A stretch of DNA of 64,000 nt, taken from assembly GCA_963716365.1 (NCBI GenBank), contig OY970307.1, positions 2,832,349 to 2,896,348 of the forward strand. The letters run 5' to 3'. The stretch comes from Candidatus Dormiibacterota bacterium (lineage in GTDB: Bacteria > Chloroflexota > Dormibacteria > Aeolococcales > Aeolococcaceae). Positions 58,292-64,000 of the stretch are shown here, piece by piece; positions within the stretch are counted from its first letter, which is position 1, and each line of letters opens with the position of its first letter. The notes beneath the pieces were generated by a model that was given only the letters and a program-made list of their open reading frames with translations, was not told the origin of the DNA and ran no database searches. The translations under genes and the position numbers were made by a program.

Positions 58292-59760
58292 CCGGCAGGG
58301 AATCCATTGCGCACGTAGAAGAGCAGCCCTCCGGACTGAATCAGCCGGAAGTTCGTTGCGACATACGCGCGCAGCGTGGCATCCGGAGGGATGTACCACT
58401 CGGCGAACAGGATGTTCGTGACCAGGTAGTCGGCGTGCTGGATCGCGACGGTCCACAGATGCTGCGCTCCCTCTGACCCATATCCGTACGACAGCGTCGC
58501 GCCCTGCGAGTCCGTCATGTCCGTGCAGTTGGGACCGCTCGCGACGAATCGGTTCGTCGTCACGAGCGTCGATGGGGCGTCGGAGAGCGTGCACGCACCC
58601 GGCGGCACGATCGCATCGACAGTGCTCGCAAGGTCCGGCACCGTTTCGATCGACACCACCACCACCTCACTGGCGAGCAGGACGACGGCACCGGCTGTGG
58701 CGACGGCAATCGCCACACGCGCTGAACGCTGTTCGGCGATGCGTGCCAGCGCGAACCCGAGCAGCATGCCGAGAAACGGCGCGATGAACGCCGCGTACTG
58801 CTCGTAGTACCAGGCGGGCCAGAGCTGAGCGACGCCGACGAGCACCGTCGCTGCGATGGCGAACCACTCGAGCCGAGAAGGTCGCCGTCGTGGCCCGACA
58901 AAGGCTGCGACCACGAACACGGTCAGCAGCATCGCCGCGATGAGCGACAGCGCGTTACCACCGCCGCCCACGCCGGTGAGATCACCGAGACGCGCCGGGA
59001 TCGACACGCGGTCCACGGCCGGGATCCGTCCGATCTGCGTCGCGATGACGTCGCGAATGAACCCCGCCGGTGACGCGAGGAAGAACGGTAACGTCGGAAT
59101 GCCGAATCCCACGATCACGCCGCCGACGAACGGGAGCAGACGGCCGCGTACTTCGGGAAGGCAGAGAACGGCAATCACCAGCACGGGAAGGACCGCCGGA
59201 GCCTTCACCGTTCCGGCGATGCCGAACGCAATGCCGGCGGCGACGATGCGTCGCTTCGATACGGTGAATCCATCGCCGTCGAAGAGGAATGCGGCACCGG
59301 CGAGGCAGAAGAAGTTGACGACGGGCTCGAGCAGTCCGCTCCGGATCGCGTACAGCTCGGCCGGAAAGAACGCCATCACCGCGCACGCGGCAATCAACGC
59401 TGCCCGTCCGTGCGGACGAACGACTTTGCCGATGAGCAGCACGTTCGCTGCTGCCAGCAGCGGTGTGCAGAGCCGCAACACGGCGAGCGCGTCGCGCGTG
59501 CCCGTCGCCTCGGAGAGGAACGCGAACGGACTCGCGAGCAGTGCGAATCCGGGAGGCTGTGTGAGGTCGAAATCGCGATAGGGGATGGCCCCGTGGACGA
59601 GGCGGATGGAGCCCCCGAGCCACGCCGAGATGTCAGGGGTGATACCGAAGAGGAATCCCGGGCGCGTCAACTGATAGAAGGTGAGGGCGGCCGCGAGGAC
59701 AGCCGCCACCGCGATGATGTACGTGCCGCCCCGATCCTGCGAGCGAGGCGTCGGTTGCAC
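58288..59760 (-). CDS. DUF2029-family polytopic membrane glycosyltransferase (GT87-like), paralog 1
   Basis: ..YQLTRPGFLFGITPDISAWLGGSIRLVHGAIPYRDFDLTQPPG.. with about 11 TM helices and a C-terminal extracytoplasmic domain (..GACTLSDAPSTLVTTNRF..). GTG start at 59760, chosen by alignment with paralog 2. Confidence 0.6.
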   Translation of the reverse strand: MQPTPRSQDRGGTYIIAVAAVLAAALTFYQLTRPGFLFGITPDISAWLGGSIRLVHGAIPYRDFDLTQPPGFALLASPFAFLSEATGTRDALAVLRLCTPLLAAANVLLIGKVVRPHGRAALIAACAVMAFFPAELYAIRSGLLEPVVNFFCLAGAAFLFDGDGFTVSKRRIVAAGIAFGIAGTVKAPAVLPVLVIAVLCLPEVRGRLLPFVGGVIVGFGIPTLPFFLASPAGFIRDVIATQIGRIPAVDRVSIPARLGDLTGVGGGGNALSLIAAMLLTVFVVAAFVGPRRRPSRLEWFAIAATVLVGVAQLWPAWYYEQYAAFIAPFLGMLLGFALARIAEQRSARVAIAVATAGAVVLLASEVVVVSIETVPDLASTVDAIVPPGACTLSDAPSTLVTTNRFVASGPNCTDMTDSQGATLSYGYGSEGAQHLWTVAIQHADYLVTNILFAEWYIPPDATLRAYVATNFRLIQSGGLLFYVRNGFPAG

Positions 59761-59767
59761 GAACGCG

Positions 59768-61237
59768 CTATCCAACCGGATAACCGTTGCGTACGTAGAA
59801 GAGCAGCCCTCCGGTGCGGATGAGCCGGAAGTCCGCAGCGACGTAGCCGCGCAACGCTGGACCGGGGGGGATGTCCCACTTCGCGAACGGCGTGCTTGTG
59901 ACCAGGTAGTCGGCGTGCTCGACCTCGATGGTCCAGAGCTGTCGCGCCCCTGTTGAGCCGAATCCATACGCGAGCGTCGCGCCCTCCGGGTCGATCATGT
60001 CGTTGCACGTGCCTGGATCTGCGGCCTCGAAGCGGTTCGTCGTCACGAGCTTGGACGGAGCGTCAGAGAGCGTGCACGCTCCAGCGGGAACGACCTGGTC
60101 GACCACTGCGGCGATGTCCGGGACCGACGACGTCCGGGCCATGGACAGCTGACTCGCGAACACGACCCCGACGCCGGCGACAGCGAGCACGACAGCAACA
60201 CTCGGCCACTGCGCTGCAATCAAGCGCGCAAGCGCTATCGCGAGGAGCAGTGCGACGAAAGGAGCCATGAAGGCCGCGTAGTTCGTGAAGTAATAGGAGG
60301 GGCCGAGTTGCGCGACGGCCCCGAGCGCTGTGGCCCCTATCGCAAGCCATTCCAGCGGCGCCGGCCGCCGTCGCGGAAGCACAAAGGCCGCGATCACGAT
60401 CACGATGATCAGCACCGTCGCGAGGACCGCAACCCTGTCGCCGCCGCCGAGCGCCGACGTTCCGGTGATCGTGCTCAGGCGCGCAAGGAGGGGCACTCGA
60501 TTCGGGTTGGGAATGCTCGTGAGCGGGCTGACCACATCGCGAAAGAACGCATCCGGCGCCAACAGGAAGAACGGAAGCGTCGGGATCCCGAATCCGGCGA
60601 CCGCGCCGCCGACGAATGGGACCAGACGCTGTCGAATCTGAGGCAGGCAGAGCACGCCGACCACGAGCACGGGGACCACCGCAGGGGCTTTGACGCAGCA
60701 GGCAATGCCGAAGGCAATGCCACCGAGGAGGATGCGACGGCGCGAGGGCGAGAAGCCATCGCCGTCGAAGACGAGCGCGAGCCCGGCCACGCAGAAGAAG
60801 TCCACGACCGACTCGAGCAGGCCGCTGTGCAACGCGTATACCTCGGGGGGATAGAACGCCATGACGCCGCAGGCGACGATCGTGGCCGCACGGCCGCGAT
60901 GCCGGATCACCAATCCGATGAGGAGGACCGATCCCGCTGACAGCAGCGGTGTGAACAAACGCAGCACCGCAAGCGCGTCACGCGTTCCGATCCACTCCGA
61001 AAGAAACGCGAATGGACTCGCCAGGAGCGTGAACCCCGGCGGTTGCACGAGGTCGAAGTCGCGATAGGGGAGGGCGCCGTGCACAAGGCGGATCGATCCG
61101 CCGAGCCATGCGGAGATGTCCGGCGTGATGCCGAAGAGGAACCCCGGGCGCGTCAGCTGGTACGCGGTGATCCCGGCGGCGAGGATCGCGGTCACCGCGA
61201 TGATGCCAGTGGAGATTCGGTCGCGTTGGCCCTTCAT
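59768..61237 (-). CDS. DUF2029-family polytopic membrane glycosyltransferase (GT87-like), paralog 2
   Basis: Collinear with paralog 1 over the full length and highly similar in the conserved blocks. Start at MKGQRDRIS. Confidence 0.6.
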   Translation of the reverse strand: MKGQRDRISTGIIAVTAILAAGITAYQLTRPGFLFGITPDISAWLGGSIRLVHGALPYRDFDLVQPPGFTLLASPFAFLSEWIGTRDALAVLRLFTPLLSAGSVLLIGLVIRHRGRAATIVACGVMAFYPPEVYALHSGLLESVVDFFCVAGLALVFDGDGFSPSRRRILLGGIAFGIACCVKAPAVVPVLVVGVLCLPQIRQRLVPFVGGAVAGFGIPTLPFFLLAPDAFFRDVVSPLTSIPNPNRVPLLARLSTITGTSALGGGDRVAVLATVLIIVIVIAAFVLPRRRPAPLEWLAIGATALGAVAQLGPSYYFTNYAAFMAPFVALLLAIALARLIAAQWPSVAVVLAVAGVGVVFASQLSMARTSSVPDIAAVVDQVVPAGACTLSDAPSKLVTTNRFEAADPGTCNDMIDPEGATLAYGFGSTGARQLWTIEVEHADYLVTSTPFAKWDIPPGPALRGYVAADFRLIRTGGLLFYVRNGYPVG

Positions 61238-61322
61238 CGCTCGCGTCAGTATCGGGGCGTAACCACCCGGCTCGCGGTACGTTTGAACGAGCGCTCCTGC
61301 ACACTCAAACGGAGGGATCCAC

Positions 61323-61742
61323 GTGACCCGGGTCTTCAAGCTCGCGGCAGCCGCCACCGGCGCCGCAGTCATCGCACTGGCAGCCTTCCTCCTCCACCCC
61401 CGCTCCGGTGCGCGCCGTCGCGCCGCCGCGAAGCGTGCGACCGTCGGCTTTGCCTCCCTGGTCGGTTCCGCCGTTCCTCTCCGGCATCACACGGAGACCT
61501 TTGACGACACACTCGCCGATCGCGTCAAAGTCGCCCTCACGCTTGGCTTCGGAGATCTCGCATCGGGCATCGGTATTCGCGCCAGCCGCGGCGTGATCAC
61601 GCTGCGCGGCGAGGTTGACGAGCTCTCGGACATCACCCGCTTCGACACGGCCGTTCGTACGGTCGGTGACGTGGTCGACGTGGACAACCTCCTGCGCCTT
61701 CGTATGCGCGAGGGCCAGCGCCCGCGCGTTCTCTCCGCATAG
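61323..61742 (+). CDS. BON-domain protein
   Basis: N-terminal hydrophobic segment, then ..IRASRGVITLRGEVDELSDITRFDTAVRTVGDVVDVDNLLRL (BON/OsmY-like). Confidence 0.6.
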   Translation: MTRVFKLAAAATGAAVIALAAFLLHPRSGARRRAAAKRATVGFASLVGSAVPLRHHTETFDDTLADRVKVALTLGFGDLASGIGIRASRGVITLRGEVDELSDITRFDTAVRTVGDVVDVDNLLRLRMREGQRPRVLSA

Positions 61743-61770
61743 CCGGAGCGTCCCCCGATCGGCGACACTC

Positions 61771-62811
61771 GTGGGCGTGGCGCTGCCGTTCGAACCACCG
61801 CTCGAGCCGATGCTGGCTCGCGCCGCGCCGGAGATCCCCCGCGATGGGGCCTGGCGCTACGAGCCGAAATGGGACGGGTTCAGGGCCATCGTCTTTCGCG
61901 ACGGGGAACGCGTGCACATCGCGAGCCGCAACGCCCTGGCGCTCGAGCGCTACTTCCCGGAGCTGATCGAACCGCTGCAGGCGGCGCTCCCGGACCGCTG
62001 CGTCGTCGACGGGGAGGTGGTCATCGCCACCGACCACGGCCTCGACTTCGATGCGTTGCAGTTGCGGATCCATCCCGCCGCGTCCCGCGTGCGCATGCTC
62101 TCGGAGCAGACGCCGGCGTCGGTGGTGCTGTTCGACCTCCTTGCGCTCGGCGACCGGGATCTCCGCGAGCGTCCGCTCACAGAGCGCCGCGACGGATTGC
62201 TCGGTGCGATCGCGAGCAGCAAATCCGTCGGCGTGACGCCGCAGACCGCTGACGCCGACGAGGCGACCGTCTGGTTCACGCGCTACGAGGGAGCCGGTCT
62301 CGACGGCGTCGTCGCGAAGGATCCCGCGGGCGCGTACCGGGCCGGGCAGCGGCTCTGGACCAAGATCAAGCACCTGCGGACGGTCGACTGCGTCGTCGGC
62401 GGGTACCGGCTCGCCAAGGACGGCAAGGGCATCGGCTCGTTGCTGCTCGGTCTCTACGGGGACGATGGCGCCCTTCATCACGTCGGGCACACGTCGTCGT
62501 TCGATGCCGCGGAGCGGCGTGCCATCCTCGAGCAGCTCCAGCCCATGGTCGGAGGCGAGAGCTTCGGCCACGGCCGGACGCCGGGTGGACCGAGCCGTTG
62601 GGCGAAGGCCGCCGAGACCGCCTGGACTTCGGTGCGACCGGACCTGGTCTGCGAGGTGTCCTTCGATCACCTCCAGAGCGGCCGCTTCCGGCACGCGTCG
62701 CGTTTCCTCCGCTGGCGGCCCGACAAGGCGCCGACGGACTGCACCTTCGATCAGCTGTCGCCACCCGAGGCGTTCGCGCTCGCCGACATCCTCGTCACCC
62801 GAGGCGAGTGA
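61771..62811 (+). CDS. ATP-dependent DNA ligase (LigC/LigD ligase-domain type)
   Basis: Motif I EPKWDGFR (KxDG), adenylation and OB domains (..DGVVAKD.. ..WTKIKH..). GTG start. No Ku or polymerase/nuclease domains. Confidence 0.8.
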   Translation: MGVALPFEPPLEPMLARAAPEIPRDGAWRYEPKWDGFRAIVFRDGERVHIASRNALALERYFPELIEPLQAALPDRCVVDGEVVIATDHGLDFDALQLRIHPAASRVRMLSEQTPASVVLFDLLALGDRDLRERPLTERRDGLLGAIASSKSVGVTPQTADADEATVWFTRYEGAGLDGVVAKDPAGAYRAGQRLWTKIKHLRTVDCVVGGYRLAKDGKGIGSLLLGLYGDDGALHHVGHTSSFDAAERRAILEQLQPMVGGESFGHGRTPGGPSRWAKAAETAWTSVRPDLVCEVSFDHLQSGRFRHASRFLRWRPDKAPTDCTFDQLSPPEAFALADILVTRGE

Positions 62812-62813
62812 CC

Positions 62814-63590
62814 GTGGCCCGTACGGACTACAGCTCCTACCTCCGCATCGATGCGCTGCTCGACCTCCAGCACCCGCTGACTGTGGGTGCGCACGACGAG
62901 ATGCTCTTCGTGGTCATCCACCAGGCATACGAGCTCTGGTTCAAGGTCATCCTGCACGAGCTCGACCGTGCCGTTGTGGAGCTCGTCGCGGGGAGGCCCC
63001 AGGCAGCGATGGCACCGCTCCATCGAACGACCCGCATCGACGAGCTCCTCATCGCCCAGCTGCGCGTGCTCGAGACGCTCACCCCGGAGGGGTTTCTCGA
63101 GTTTCGCGATCCGCTGACGCCGGCCTCTGGAATGCAGTCGGGACAGTTCCGCGCCATCGAAGTCCTCGGCGGCCTGGAGGGAGCGATGCCCACCGACGCC
63201 GCGCCTCTCTCCGAGCGTGATCGCGAGGAGCTGGTCCGTCGCGCCGGCGGTCCGAATCTGTACGAGGCGCTCTGCGCGTGCCTTCGCGCGCACGGCTTCG
63301 ACGCCCCGGACGGCAGCGGCGCCGAATTGCGCGACCGGCGCATCGCCGCCCTGGCGACGCTGTACCGCGATCATGCGAGTACAGAGCGTGCGATCCTGCA
63401 TCACGTGTGCGAGCTGCTCCTCGATCACGATGAGGCGATCGGGCGCTGGCGCTTTCATCACGCGCAGATGGCCGCGCGAGAGATCGGGTCGAGACAGGGC
63501 ACCGGTGGCAGCCTCGGTGTCGCCTACCTCGAGAGCACAATCCCACTGCGATTCTTCCCCGACCTCTGGGACGTGCGCAGCGCGCTATGA
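62814..63590 (+). CDS. kynA: tryptophan 2,3-dioxygenase
   Basis: ..YSSYLRIDALLDLQHPLT..DEMLFVVIHQAYELWFK.. His heme ligand region ..WRFHHAQMAAREIG... GTG start 3 nt after the ligase stop. Confidence 0.85.
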   Translation: MARTDYSSYLRIDALLDLQHPLTVGAHDEMLFVVIHQAYELWFKVILHELDRAVVELVAGRPQAAMAPLHRTTRIDELLIAQLRVLETLTPEGFLEFRDPLTPASGMQSGQFRAIEVLGGLEGAMPTDAAPLSERDREELVRRAGGPNLYEALCACLRAHGFDAPDGSGAELRDRRIAALATLYRDHASTERAILHHVCELLLDHDEAIGRWRFHHAQMAAREIGSRQGTGGSLGVAYLESTIPLRFFPDLWDVRSAL

Positions 63591-64000
63591 GCCTGGAGCT
63601 TCCGGCCAACCTCGACCGTAACTCGTGCATCGCGCTGGACTCGGCGGATCCGATCGCCGGCTTCCGCGAGCGGTTTCTCGACGACGGATCGCTGATCTAT
63701 CTCGACGGCAACTCGATGGGCCGGCTGCCCAAGGCCGCGGTGCCTCGCCTTGTGGAGATGGCCGAGCACGAATGGGGAACGATCCTCGTGCGCGGGTGGA
63801 CCGAGTCCGGTTGGATGGACTCACCGCTGCGAGTCGGCGAAAGCGTCGGCCGGTTGATCGGTGCTGCGCCGGGGGAGGTGATCATCGCCGACAGCACGTC
63901 GGTCAACCTCTACAAGCTCATCACGGCAGTGCTCAGGGCGCGTCCGCACCGTCGCGTCGTGCTCACCGAGGGGAGCAATTTCCCAACCGATCTGTACATC
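63587..64000 (+). CDS. kynU: kynureninase (3-prime truncated by window end)
   Basis: MSLELPANLDRNSCIALDSADPIAGFRERFL..IYLDGNSMGRLPKAAV.. is the kynureninase N-terminus. The ATG overlaps the kynA stop. It runs off the window. Confidence 0.8.
   Translation, partial: MSLELPANLDRNSCIALDSADPIAGFRERFLDDGSLIYLDGNSMGRLPKAAVPRLVEMAEHEWGTILVRGWTESGWMDSPLRVGESVGRLIGAAPGEVIIADSTSVNLYKLITAVLRARPHRRVVLTEGSNFPTDLYI

Overview
This is a 64-kb segment of a high-GC (about 70%) chromosome. It looks actinobacterial: a class E sortase, DUF2029 glycosyltransferases, and a tkt/tal-pgi/gnd/zwf/pgl operon with a fused transaldolase-phosphoglucose isomerase. That taxon call is inference only.

Most of the window is core metabolism, listed in order:
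- DedA membrane protein and sortase.
- A zinc-ribbon/Gly-rich protein translationally coupled to a small beta-barrel protein, divergent from metK.
- A GDP-mannose module: manC, manB and a small cupin PMI.
- An NfeD / flotillin / TelA operon next to a GGDEF cyclase.
- A LivKHMGF branched-chain amino-acid ABC transporter, with an internal hairpin terminator after the binding-protein gene.
- Class-III aminotransferase + aldehyde dehydrogenase (GABA-shunt-like), alpha/beta hydrolase, HtrA protease, two MFS pumps flanking a GNAT, a parvulin PPIase lipoprotein, ThpR.
- aceE, a DEAD-box helicase, cystathionine beta-synthase + gamma-synthase/lyase.
- A degenerate Ser/Thr pseudokinase, glgP, rpe, two tandem MarR-like paralogs.
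- The pentose-phosphate operon pgl-zwf-gnd-(tal-pgi)-tkt.

The accessory part starts at tRNA-Arg(ACG) at 47.7 kb. The tRNA's 3-prime ~60 bp recur as a direct repeat at 54.2 kb. These bound a ~6.4-kb decayed island holding an integrase remnant, an ECF sigma/anti-sigma pair, a MerR-HTH/DUF433 + DUF5615 toxin-antitoxin-like pair, and an IS3-family element with 28-bp inverted repeats. A second low-GC remnant (degraded HNH-like gene) lies just beyond.

Downstream of the island lie, in order:
- A BNR beta-propeller translationally coupled to a GG-terminated MoaD/ThiS-like protein.
- A PLDc_N/DUF2510 membrane protein.
- Two tandem DUF2029 glycosyltransferase paralogs.
- A BON protein, a LigC-type ATP-dependent DNA ligase, and kynA-kynU (kynU truncated by the window end).

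A pervasive caveat: at least 11 conserved genes are split by single 1-bp frameshifts, one lesion per gene. Five share the same edit, an extra A that turns an inferred GACTC or GACTG into GAACTC or GAACTG. This strongly suggests systematic sequencing or basecalling artefacts rather than true pseudogenes. No CRISPR array and no rRNA were seen.
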